DNA of 61,657 nucleotides, filler included, from Dugesia japonica (taxonomy: Eukaryota): the NCBI GenBank assembly GCA_001938525.1. It is 5 parts of 5 records of this genome, joined end to end, with 100 filler letters (N's around TTAATTAATTAA, not from the genome) between each part and the next. Parts side by side here need not be neighbours in the genome. Positions count along the whole stretch, not along the records: positions 10,490 to 20,055 come from MQRL01608113.1; positions 20,156 to 43,975 come from MQRL01501599.1; 3 more parts are not named here. The stretch is one strand, 5' to 3'. The translations under genes and the position numbers were made by a program. This document shows positions 14,236-24,407 of this stretch, one piece after another. Under the pieces are notes generated by a model. The model saw nothing but the letters and a program-made list of their open reading frames with translations. It did not search any database and had not been told where the DNA came from. Within the stretch, counting starts at the first letter, position 1; each line of letters begins with the position of its first letter.

Positions 14236-14774
14236 AAATTGTGTAAAGTCCATAAAAAGATATCCATACGGATTTACTGTAGCATCTTTGAATGAGTCCA
14301 AAAGAAATTGTCTATTGTTTGGATATGCTTGTCTTGCAAGAAAATCAACAACTGTTTGATCTCTTGGATTTTAAAATAGAACCAAGTATTGTACATTTAA
14401 ATTGCGAGTTCTATGTCCCCCTCCTTGATGAAATAGATTCTGAGTAATAAATATTACAGTCACATTACAATGTCTTCATATCTTTGTGAATAAATTGTTA
14501 AAGTTCTTTTCCTTGTTTGCTTCCCGATATAAATCATCAACAACAATCACATCACCTTTAGTTAATCTCTTGCTCCAATTCTCATCAAAACCGTTTATAA
14601 TTTTCATTTTTATACCACAAAATTCGGATTGAGTTAATTCATGTTTCTTATCATCTCTATGCCAATATATTTTGTTGAATTTGGATTTGATTTCAATAAT
14701 TTACAGACAAATAGAGTTTTTCCACTTCCACTTGGGCCGACAATTTGATAAACAGCATCATTTCTTAATTCCAT
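14225..14774 (-). pseudogene. Maverick FtsK/HerA-type (A32-like) DNA packaging ATPase
   Basis: MELRNDAVYQIV-GPSGSGKT (Walker A); VIVVDD (Walker B); LFTKI*RHCNVTVIFITQNLFHQG; LNVQYLVLF*NPRD; LARQAYP; FKDATVNPYGYLFMDF. It has at least two in-frame stops. Confidence 0.93.
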
Positions 14775-14856
14775 TATTGTTTGTTTTATTGTATCGATTA
14801 AATTATTGTTTATGTAAATGTATATATTCTTTTTTTAAAATTTTATTGACATAATT

Positions 14857-15273
14857 ATGATTGCAAATATTAATTACAGAGGCAAAGTTTCACAAGAGGT
14901 TACAAGAAAAATGAATTTTCTATTTGGCAGGCCATCACAAGTTGTCGAAAAAACTGGAAAATATACTTTAGTTTTCTTCAAATCCAGAAGTTGTAGAATC
15001 ATGGGATGTAAGAAACCCTTGAAAAAACATTTACAATATGATATCGTTATCAATTTTAAATATTCAATCAATTTAAATGATTTAGCAAGAAGAACTAAAT
15101 GCATGTATGAACCTGAATTGTTTCCTTAGTTACGACTAATAAAATTCAACCCAGCCTGTGTAAATGTATTTTAATCTGGAAAAGTAGTCTTTGTAGGAAT
15201 CAAAACATTATATTATCAACCTCAGGTCAATGTTATGATATCTGATTTGAATAATTTAATTATGAAAAACTAA
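14857..15273 (+). pseudogene. Intronless TATA-binding protein (TBP)-like gene inside the Maverick
   Basis: One frame reads MIANINYRG...TLVFFKSRSCRIMGCK (repeat 1, cf. TBP ALIFSSGKMVCTGAK) ...FKYSINLNDLARRTKCMYEPELFP*LRLIKFNPACVNVF*SGKVVFVGIK (repeat 2, cf. [43 protein letters not shown]). Premature stops at 15127-15129 and 15172-15174. Confidence 0.85.
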
Positions 15274-15454
15274 ATCATTGCAGAAGACATGATCAACACA
15301 TGCATAAAGCATGCACATTGCATGTATGAAGCATACACAGTGCAAAACGTGAACAAAGAAGATGACTCATACAAATTTAAATTATAGAAATATATAAACA
15401 AAATGATCATAAATCAAATTTTTAACTATGAGTTACACTATTCAATACAAAGAT

Positions 15455-15820
15455 ATGGATACAGATTTTAGTGATGATGATGGATTTTAAGAACATGATG
15501 AATGCGGTATAAAGAAGATAAATATCATGTTCATGAAATCGATGGAGTAAAAGATTAGTTGATTTAATTCCTTTAATTAATTTACTAATTGGTTTCTAGA
15601 AATTGTTAAAGATATTTTGGAAGAACCATTTTATAATTTAAGAGGCGATTCAGTATATTGAGCTCCTGAAATATATTGTTATCGTATTAAAATGTATACC
15701 GGAGTTGACATAGAAGAAAGCATTAGAATCTACTTTGATGAACCAATCAGTTGCCCATATTCTTGCACATGTTGTCAACTAACGAAACTTAGAAAGATTG
15801 TAAAACAATTTATTAAATAA
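15455..15820 (+). pseudogene. Decayed accessory ORF of the Maverick with acidic N-terminus and Cys-rich C-terminus
   Basis: MDTDFSDDDG... followed by ...IRIYFDEPISCPYSCTCCQLTKLRKIVKQFIK*, with stops and frameshifts. Confidence 0.35.
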
Positions 15821-15966
15821 ATCTTGTTTTCATTGTGTTTATACAATAAATTGTTTTGTATAAAATAATAAGACAACAGTAATAAAATACATCAATAATA
15901 ACTAAAAGACATGTTCAAATTAAAATATTTATTAACCTAACAAATCTATTCTATCTTTTTAATACT

Positions 15967-16373
15967 TTAAACTTTCCATATTGGTGCCACATTGCTATCA
16001 AATATTTTATATCCTAATATTTCTGCTGTAATCATTGTTTTACTCGAATTTTCATATGAGATCTCTTCTTTCAATATGATGAATGATGTATCTGTTATTT
16101 CTAATAATTTGTTGATTCTAGAAAACAATTCATTCAACGTTGATTGATCATCTAAGCTTTTTTCAGTAATGAGAATACTATATGTACATTTCTGAACTGT
16201 AACAGGTTTCTAAATCAAATTAATAATAAAGTAAACGAAAATAATATTACCTGGAAAATATAAATCATAGTCTTCTTGTAAATGTTCATTTCATATTTGT
16301 AGTAACTCTGTGGCTTACCACATTTGATCTCACAAGATGACGAATTATCTTTTGTAAGCGTAATGAATTTCAT
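15967..16373 (-). CDS. Intact two-exon orphan ORF (121 aa) in the Maverick right arm
   Basis: Exon 1 16373-16251 (MKFITLTKDNSSSCEIKCGKPQSYYKYEMNIYKKTMIYIFQ). 41-nt intron 16250-16210 (CAG|GTAATA...TTTAG). Exon 2 16209-15967 in frame (KPVTVQKCTYSIL...NVAPIWKV*). Confidence 0.65.
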
Positions 16374-16410
16374 TTTTTCTAAAAAATGAAAATATTAATA
16401 AAAGATTTGC

Positions 16411-16418
16411 TTTATATA
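16411..16418 (-). promoter_or_regulatory. Candidate TATA box of the spliced Maverick ORF
   Basis: TATATAAAG on the minus strand about 40 nt upstream of the ATG at 16373. The AT-rich background lowers specificity. Confidence 0.4.
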
Positions 16419-16552
16419 GTAGTAAGTATGTGTGTGTAATAAATCTTCATGTATGTTTCCAATTAAAGCAGTAAAACAAACGATTATTAATTTAAATCTA
16501 ATNNNNNNNNNNNNNNNNNNNNNNNNNNNNNNNNNNNNNNNNNNNNNNNNNN

Positions 16553-17048
16553 TTAATGTTAATATTGCCCGAGGAATATTTAATGTTAATATTGAGACTG
16601 AAATATTTAATGTTTATGTTGCCCAGCGGAATTTTTTATGTTAATATTGTCGCGGAGAATTATATTCAATAAATTTTGTTTAATTTAAACAAACATAAGC
16701 TTTTCAATAAATTTTCCATAAAGAGACTCAAAATTAAATTTAAACCAATTGAAACAAATAATCATTAAATCAATTAATTTAAACAAAATAAATAATTTCA
16801 CTTAATTTTAACCAAAAAACCATTAAAAAAACTATTTGAGGCAGTGCACTCATAGGGAATAAAAAAAGAGTATGTGAAGCAGTGCGCTCTTAGGGGAAAA
16901 AGAAGTGATGCGCAAGTATCAAAAAAAGGGGGGACTAAAAGCATGTGGTGTGATGCGCTCCTATCAAAAAAAGGTGTGATACGCTCCTATCAAAAAAGGG
17001 AGAGGGGGGACTTCAAGCATGTGGTGTGATGCGCTCCTATCTACCTAC

Positions 17049-17049
<1 letters not shown>
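16553..17049 (-). repeat. Right terminal inverted repeat of the Maverick with subterminal direct repeats
   Basis: The terminus reads 5'-AGTAGGTAGATAGGAGCGCATCACACC inward (the Polinton AG...CT terminus). GGTGTGATRCGCTCCTATC occurs 3 times (16947-17041) and GCAGTGCRCTCWTAGGG twice (16841, 16879). Confidence 0.8.
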
Positions 17050-17100
<51 letters not shown>

Positions 17101-17150
17101 NNNNNNNNNNNNNNNNNNNNNNNNNNNNNNNNNNNNNNNNNNNNNNNNNN

Positions 17151-17203
<53 letters not shown>
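17050..17203 (+). repeat. (AAT)n microsatellite spanning a gap
   Basis: Directly visible. Confidence 0.95.
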
Positions 17204-17207
<4 letters not shown>

Positions 17208-17229
17208 CGCCATTTGAAATAAAACTTTA

Positions 17230-17270
17230 TTGTTATATATTTCGATGGATAAACCGTCATCATCAGACAA
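17230..17270 (-). ncRNA. Minimal type I hammerhead ribozyme in the Penelope pLTR
   Basis: TTGT-CTGATGA-T-GACGG ttta(t) CCATC-GAAA-TATA-TA^-ACAA: intact core, stem I TTGT/ACAA and a palindromic minimal stem III. Confidence 0.75.
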
Positions 17271-17702
17271 AAATGAAAGCACATGAGTTTATTCAGTCTA
17301 TATTATTTAAACGAAAATTAATGCAATTATATTGAATATAAGACGGCTATAATTCTTAATTTTCAAAAAAATAATTTTTTAATAATATTTTATTAAAATT
17401 ACTATTAACTATACAATCAAAGATGTTTTTTCATAACTATTCAAAATTTTTAATTTTAGATTATATTAAAATTTTTTCAAAACCTTTAAAATAATAAAAA
17501 TTGAAATTTTTTTTAAAAAATAAAATACAAAACCTATAATAAATATAATATATAAAAATAAATTTTTAAATTTTTTTAATTAATTTAGTCGACAGAGCTG
17601 TCTGTACATTTATACTTGGATTATGAAATCTAATCTTTAACGCTTCATACAACACTCTTCCAGTAATTCTCAAATTGTTTAGATAAAATTTTAAAATTTG
17701 AA

Positions 17703-18332
17703 AAGTTCCCGGACACTTTGAACTAAAAATATATAGACAAAGTCATAAAATCATCAAAGTTTTATTCATCAAACTAAATTCCTTTGCTAGATAAGGTCTT
17801 CAACCATGTATCATCTAAATTTTGGATTCCTTTCTGATTCCATTCTGGTGGCTTGGACTGCAAAAACTCGAGGACCTCAATTTTAACATCTACTATTGAA
17901 TTAAATTTCTTGCCAATCAGAAAATGACTCATTGACCGGAGTAAGAGATAATTTGATGTAGCTAAGTCTGGGCTATAAGCTGGATGAGGTATAGTTAGAT
18001 TCCACCAAGCTCTTCTAACTTAGACTTTATCACTTTAGAGTTATGGGCTGGAGCATTATCATGCTGCAGAAATACCCGTTTTCTATTGATTAAAGCTGGA
18101 TAACATCAAAATGTCGCCTATAATACTGGAATTAGCTTCCATTATACAGGACCCTCAAAATTCCACCATATGGATGAAATCACCTTGTATACGAACCTTT
18201 TTTTTAGCTACCGATAAAACCTTTTGAGCTGGCTGAAGCCAGTGCCTTTTGATAACAGGATTTCTGAGATATATCCACTTTTTATCGCCAGCTATGATTT
18301 TTCTCCAGAACCTGTCATCTTTTTTTACTCAA
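17703..18332 (-). mobile_element. Mariner (DD34D) transposase remnant nested in the Penelope element
   Basis: IIAGDKKWIY, FLQHDNAPAH, PHPAYSPDLATSNY motifs. Confidence 0.88.
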
Positions 18333-21177
18333 CCTAGTATTACATTAACGACCAAAACGATTATGCTTTTGAATCCAAGTACAGAGACAACTGGCAGTCT
18401 CTCAAATGTATGTGGCATCACATTCAATACACTTAAATTGATAAACAAGGTAGGAACACAAACCAATTGGTGTATGAGATTTATTAGCAAAGCTATTAAC
18501 GATCTTATGCGAAGTGGAAACAATTTTCAATAAAGAAAGATCCTTAGCAGCTTTTAAAATCTAGTTCTTAAACTTTTTAAAACCTTCAGAATAAGGAATC
18601 GATAAAGCAAATTGACCAATACAGTTGTATAAAGTGTTATCAGGTTCATGATTATTCAATACTTTTTCAGCCGTTTTATTGAAATTAATATTAATATCGA
18701 CTAATATTTTGTATATTGTCTGCGAAGTCAATGAATTTAAAAATTGTTTATTATATTCATTTTCTTGCAGTAACTTTAATAAATGTTCAATACTTTTAAT
18801 GAATCTTGAATAAGTTGAGGACAACGACCGAGAACGAGATACTAAACCCTTTATCATGTTCCTTTTATAAGCAGAATCACAAAAACTATTTGGGGTAACA
18901 AACAAGCCAGTATCACTTTTCTTTCTGTAGATTTCAGTCAAATAATGTGTTGATTTCCTTTCAATTAAAATATCCATAAAAGCCAAAATATCATTTCTTT
19001 CCTTCTCTTCAGTAAATCTAATATTAAGATGTAACGAATTCATAAAACTCTGGAAAGGAAAAACATGTTTACGATTACCAAAAATAAGGAAAACATCGTC
19101 AACATATCTTTTGTAAGTAAGAGGCTTATTCAAAGAATATAAGTTCATTCGTTCTTCAACCTAATTCAATAAAATCGATGCTAATGTCGGAGTTAAAGAA
19201 GAACTCATAGCTACCCCATCTATCTGTTTATACTATTCATTGTTGAACAGAAACAAAACATTAGTTGTTGCAAAAGTTAACAATTCATGAAAGGCAGATA
19301 TACTCAAATTAGAATGATCAATCACATTATTCTTCCAAATATCACAACAAAGATCTATGGTTTCCAGCAAAGGGACATTAGTGAATAAGCTAAAAACATC
19401 AAAAGACACCATAAACTCATCATTATTACTTACAACAGAATTTGAGATAAATTTAAAAAACTCAAAACTGTCCTTAAATTCAAAGTTAAAATTCATTAAT
19501 GGCTACAATTTAGATTCCAAACATTTCGAAATATTATACTGGGCTGTACAAACCATAGATAAAACCGGTCACAAAGGAGTTCCATTTATATGACTAGATT
19601 ATTAATCAATATACTTAATCAATATAAATATTCCTCATCTTTCATTGTTGGTAATTTTTCATTTTTCCGCAATTTATAGATCTTGAAAACTGACCATTTA
19701 AAACTGTTTCCATCTTGGCCAAATAATTAAAATAATTTAAACTCACTGAGCCATAACCTTTGTCAAATTTACAAATATTAATCCCTTTATTCACAATACC
19801 CTTCAACACTTAAAAATCACTAACATCCTGTTTCGAATTCTTATTTATATACTCAGTGGTAGTTTTATTTAACTCATTTTTCCTGGTCATAAATTCTAAT
19901 TTTTTATTCAAGTAATTAGACTTTTTCAAATAAATCCATAAAACAATTCAATAATAGACGGAAATTTAAATTTATCAAACTTTCTACTGCATTATGCAAA
20001 CTTTTAGCAGATATTTTAAAATCACTATTAAAGTTAATTCCGGCACATTTAAAGANNNNNNNNNNNNNNNNNNNNNNNNNNNNNNNNNNNNNNNNNNNNT
20101 TAATTAATTAANNNNNNNNNNNNNNNNNNNNNNNNNNNNNNNNNNNNNNNNNNNNATTATTATTTTTATTATTATTAATATTATTATTTTTATTATTATT
20201 ATTCCACACTCGATTTTATTTTTTTTATAAACCCATAAATTTTATCATACAAAATTAATATGATTATGTTCTTACCTTGCAGAGACATTCAATTCCATTA
20301 TTTTCTCGAATATATTCTCGAAAATTAACACAATTTGAAAATCCAATTTTCTTTGTGAAAGTGATTAGAAAATTCAGACTTTGTTTCTAATAAAAATAAT
20401 ATTTTCTCATCTTTCATTTCTATTAGTCGTTTTAGTGCTCATTCATTTGACAACCACTTTTCTTTTTTAAATAATAAAAGTTGTTCGTAATCCGCTCTCA
20501 TATTCTTACATAGATTTACAAACAAACGAGTAATATTTGTACATCTTTTGATGAAATTTATAAGACGTTTGGCATCATTTAAGACCACATTAAGATCTGG
20601 TGATATTTTAGTTATTGCTTCTCGATGAATGATAAAGTGAGTGAAAATGATATATTCATTTGTAATATATTTAACTTTTTCTACAAATCCGACGAACTAT
20701 CCCTTCATCGCTGCTGCACCGTCAAAACATATACCAATATTATTATCCTTCTTCTTTGAAAAAATCCTTAACTTGTAAAAAAATTATTCATTTCAATTAT
20801 TAATTGGCCGGCAGAACAGTAAATTTTCATGTATATTAAAAGCGTACCTGTATTGAAAACAGACCAAGAGTTTAGCTAAATTCTTTTAATATCTGTCGAT
20901 TTATCCAACTGAATAGCAGATTACGGATTTTCTTTAATTCTTTGTATCAGTTGCAGAATTTGAAATCCTTCTGGTAACTGTATCATTGAAGAAAGGAATT
21001 TTCCACAAATCATCTGCATACTTCCATGAATAGTTTCTGTAATCTGAACTTCTCCAATTTTCTATGGTTTCCTAGACTTTTCTATTATATATGATGCTTG
21101 ATAAGATGCTTATAGATATTTTTCCTGAGTAGAGGTATACTTTTCTAACAAACATTTGCTTTGATTTGATGACCTTT

Positions 21178-21366
21178 ATAAGGAAATAATAATAAATTAA
21201 TAATTAATTCAGCCAATATAAATCGATTAAATTGTAGATAAATATTTTTATGGTTTTATTCTAATAAAATTATATAATTGAGATAACTGAATGAATTGAA
21301 ATAAATTATGTCTAAAAATAGTTGTGATTTTAAAAATGAATTACCAATTGAAGAATTACCTAACAA
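21178..21366 (+). repeat. ~190-bp dispersed repeat inserted in the hAT transposase; other copies at ~495-560, ~6165-6225, ~31995-32150, ~34068-34256
   Basis: Shared ATGTCTAAAAATAGTTGTGATTT...TTACCAATTGAAGAATTACCTAACAA and ATTCAGCCAAT segments. The copy is flanked by duplicated ACCTT and splits the transposase at YFQSLL|RSSNQ. Confidence 0.7.
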
Positions 21367-22169
21367 CCTTAATAAACTTTGAAAATAATCTACTGCTTGT
21401 TTCATTTTGAAATGCCTCATTAATTTTGAAGGCTTCATGCTCTGAATCGCTAAAATATAATTATATAGTAAACATAACGATAGTTTTTCGTCATACATAC
21501 CGATAGAAAATGTAAATCCATATTGTAAATATGATTCATTATACATTCTCTTTTTTTAGAAGCTAGTCCAGATGCTAGTTCTATTTCTATTTTTACTGCA
21601 TCTTTAACAAGATCTTTTGCATCTTATTGCAGCGTTATTTTTCAACTTCTTAAGGAATAATATTCTAAAATAAATTTAATAAATAAAAGTACTTTACTTA
21701 CATTTATTTTGATAAATTATTAAAGAAATGTTTAGTATTAATGTAACCATCTAACTAACAAAAATCGTTCCCTTTTTAATTTCACTTTAACTTCTATTAA
21801 AAATATTTTAATTAACCATATTAAAACAATTTAATTTTAATATTATAAATTCCGAAAATCCTCCTAACAATTATGAAATTTAATTAGTAATTCCTTTACT
21901 TATGGGTCATTATTTTTTCGATTGTTGAAACACATAGAATTTATAGAAGTAAAAATTAGTTTATATATTTTTAATTTCTAGTATTTATAAATATGAATAT
22001 ATAGTAAATTTATAAAATATTTAAAAATATTTTCATCTCAACCGAAGATAAAAAATTTTTAGAAAATAATATTCGTTCTCGTCAATAATATACTTTAAAG
22101 TTAAAAATATGTCTAAAGGCTTCATACGATATACATTTATTCAAATATAATACATAATTATTAATTAAT

Positions 22170-22603
22170 ACAGTTAATGCTATCCGTTATGAACAACAGC
22201 TTATGGGATTAAATGAAGAAATCACTTCGAAACGACCAGAATGTGCTGACAAGCATGGCAAAGTAATATTGCTCCATGACAACGCTCGGTCTCGTGTCGC
22301 AAAAAACTTGGCTGAGGCGATAAAACAGCTGAAATGAAATGTATTACCCCACCCGCCAAACTCTCCAGGTATTGCTCCATCAGATTACTACTTGTTCCGA
22401 TTAATGGTACATCATCTGTCAGAGCACAGTTTCAAAAATTATGAAGATGTCAAAATATGGCTGAACAAAAGTATTGGAACCAAATCAAAAAAATTGTTTT
22501 ATGACGGTATTTATAAAACATTCTTAATAAAACTGCTTTGTTTTTTTTAGAGACTTTTTAAAAAATAGGTAAAAACGGCAAAGTCAAGCTTGTAGACCTA
22601 ATA
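22170..22603 (+). mobile_element. Mariner 3' remnant nested in hAT
   Basis: KVILLHDNARSRV, LPHPPNSPGIAPSDYYLFR; TIR-like end ..CTTGTAGACCTAATA. Confidence 0.88.
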
Positions 22604-23275
22604 AATGTTTTTGATTATCTAATAAATGTTTCAATTCAATAACGAAGTGAACTGATTTTGAGTCACGATTCAAGCATTTTTTTAGTGACCCACTTTTGGG
22701 TCGCGACTCAGTTTGGCAATCATTGGTCTAGAGTACACATCAGTTATTTTGCGAAATTTAAATATTTAACATTATGAAGAAAGTTGTCTCGTTTTACTAA
22801 TTATATAATTATAGTTATGATTATTCTTTGTTCATCAATAAATATGAAATTATATTAATTATTATTATTTATTATAAAAAATAAATATAGAAAAGTTCAT
22901 AAAAATGAAAAATAATTATATTAATTATATAAATAATTAAAATTTTTTTTATAATTTTCCATAAATTATTTTTGTTCTTTTTTCTGACTAGATTCACTTA
23001 ATGATGAAGTTAATGTGGAATTTCATTAACATGACATTTTCATTTCGTTTCATTATTTATCTGTCAGTGCTGACTGCTTTACAAGTTCGTAAAATGTTTG
23101 AAATTTTAAACTGTTTCTGCTAAATTTTAAATATTTTTAGATCACTAGTTTGACCTGATAAATTGAATGTCAGAATTTATTTTTATTTGGACTTTGTTTT
23201 AATGTATAATGCTTGTAGAGTTTTATATGAACAAAATAATCGATATGATGGGATATAGATGGGAAACTTTATTTG

Positions 23276-23810
23276 AGTAGATAAATAGGTGCGCTCTGCA
23301 TCAACACTGCAGGATTTTTTGGTGCAGAATTTGATTGGTCTAAATATTTTTCTTTGTGGAGAAGTTGATTAGTCAAAATTTTGTGTGTGCGTTTTGATGA
23401 CATAATCAACATTTTTTGGTGACATAATCCATGCAAAACCACTGTAAATAGTATTTTTTGTTTAAACTGATGGATTTCTAATTTAAAGATTTAAACGAAA
23501 CTTGTATAAATTAAGAGAAATTAATAAATTTTATGGGTTTTTTCATGAAAACCCGGTGAGAAAACCTATTTTTGTTGAAATTAACCAAAATTATCAAATT
23601 TGCAGATAGTTACGAAAAGTTTCTCTGAGAAATATTAATATTAACATTAGTCGATTCGATGACAATATTAACATTAGTTGCATCATTGATGAAATATGAT
23701 GCTTCTTTCCTGATGAAATATCTGCTCAACCGGATAATTACCTACTGTCTACGATAATAGATGTTCCCCCAAGGAAATTCATTATTAATTTGCATGTTTA
23801 ATAAAAATCA
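23276..23810 (+). mobile_element. Second Maverick-type terminus (solo/truncated left TIR)
   Basis: Begins AGTAGATAAATAGGTGCGC, versus AGTAGGTAGATAGGAGCGC at the 17049 terminus. Shares GATTGGTC, TTGTGTGTG..GATGAC, CAATATTAACATTAGTTGC and AAGGAAA.TCATT blocks with 9480-10330. Confidence 0.65.
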
Positions 23811-24245
23811 TTATCAATGACAAATTATAATTTTAGTGTAAGGCGTTACAATTTTGCGTGATGAATGTAATTTTAGTGTTATGGATTATTATTCTCATAT
23901 GTTTGTTTAGAATGTTTACATGTTGGCTTATAATCTTTCCATGGCGGCTTAGACTTTTGCCGTGTTGGTTTATAATTTTGTATTATTGAATGAATTTTGC
24001 ATGATGGAATGTAAATGTAGTGTGATAGAGTACAAGTGTATTATGTTGGATTGAAATTTGAATGTAAATTTTAATTTGATGGACTATAATAATATTACTG
24101 TTGTCTATTAATTTTTACATGTTGGCTTAGAAGTTTGTATATAATATTAGAATTTGGTGAGAGAATATTATTTTTATTATGTTTGATTGAAACTTATTAT
24201 CAATTATGATCAATGCTATTGGAAATATGAAATCTTATTATCAAT

Positions 24246-24407
24246 TTTATAATTACAATTATTGTGAGAATAATTGTTGGACTTAACCATTGATCGCATT
24301 GGAGATTTCATTAAAATAAGAAAAAGCTTCGATCAAAACAAAATTTTTAAAATTTTTACAAATAAATTTTGTTTTGATCGAAGCTTTTTCTTATTTTAAT
24401 GAAATCT
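24246..24407. repeat. Fold-back copy of a short dispersed element with 40-bp perfect inverted arms
   Basis: 24303-24342 is the exact reverse complement of 24368-24407. ATGAAATCTTATTATCAAT is duplicated at 24227-24245 and 24399-24417. Confidence 0.85.

Larger units (their letters stand above)
9460..17049 (-). mobile_element. Decayed, internally deleted Maverick/Polinton-like element
   Basis: Co-oriented ATPase, small GF-hydrophobic protein, integrase, penton and a further small-ORF remnant on the minus strand. Right terminus ends CTACCTACT with subterminal repeats. Inverted similarity between 9680-9875 and 16553-16830. The left boundary is uncertain because of the gap and insertions at 10390-11340. 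Confidence 0.85.
17205..20055 (-). mobile_element. Penelope-like element (RT + GIY-YIG + 3' pLTR), decayed and interrupted by a mariner
   Basis: VSFDVFSLFTNVPL (19233-19496); QIDGVAMSSSLTPTLA; YKRYVDDVF, IRFTEEKE..LAFMDI, TEIYRKKSDTG (18561-19148); GIY-YIG VYQFKCIECDATYI*ET (~18380-18460); GIY-YIG tail at 17580-17700. Confidence 0.9.
20430..22727 (-). mobile_element. hAT (Buster/ZBED5-SCAND3-like) transposon remnant
   Basis: RMYNESYLQYGFT, SMKPSKLMRH, AIQLDKSTD, ENLLFC, ICFDGAAAM, THFIIHREA motifs. The terminus-like GGGTCGCGACTCAGTTTGGCAATCATTG lies at ~22698-22725. Confidence 0.85.

Noticed and set aside
14857-15273. Host TBP gene or recent processed pseudogene
   Set aside because: Too divergent in repeat 1, no N-terminal tail or polyA/TSD, and tightly packed among Maverick genes. 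Not fully excluded without a phylogeny.
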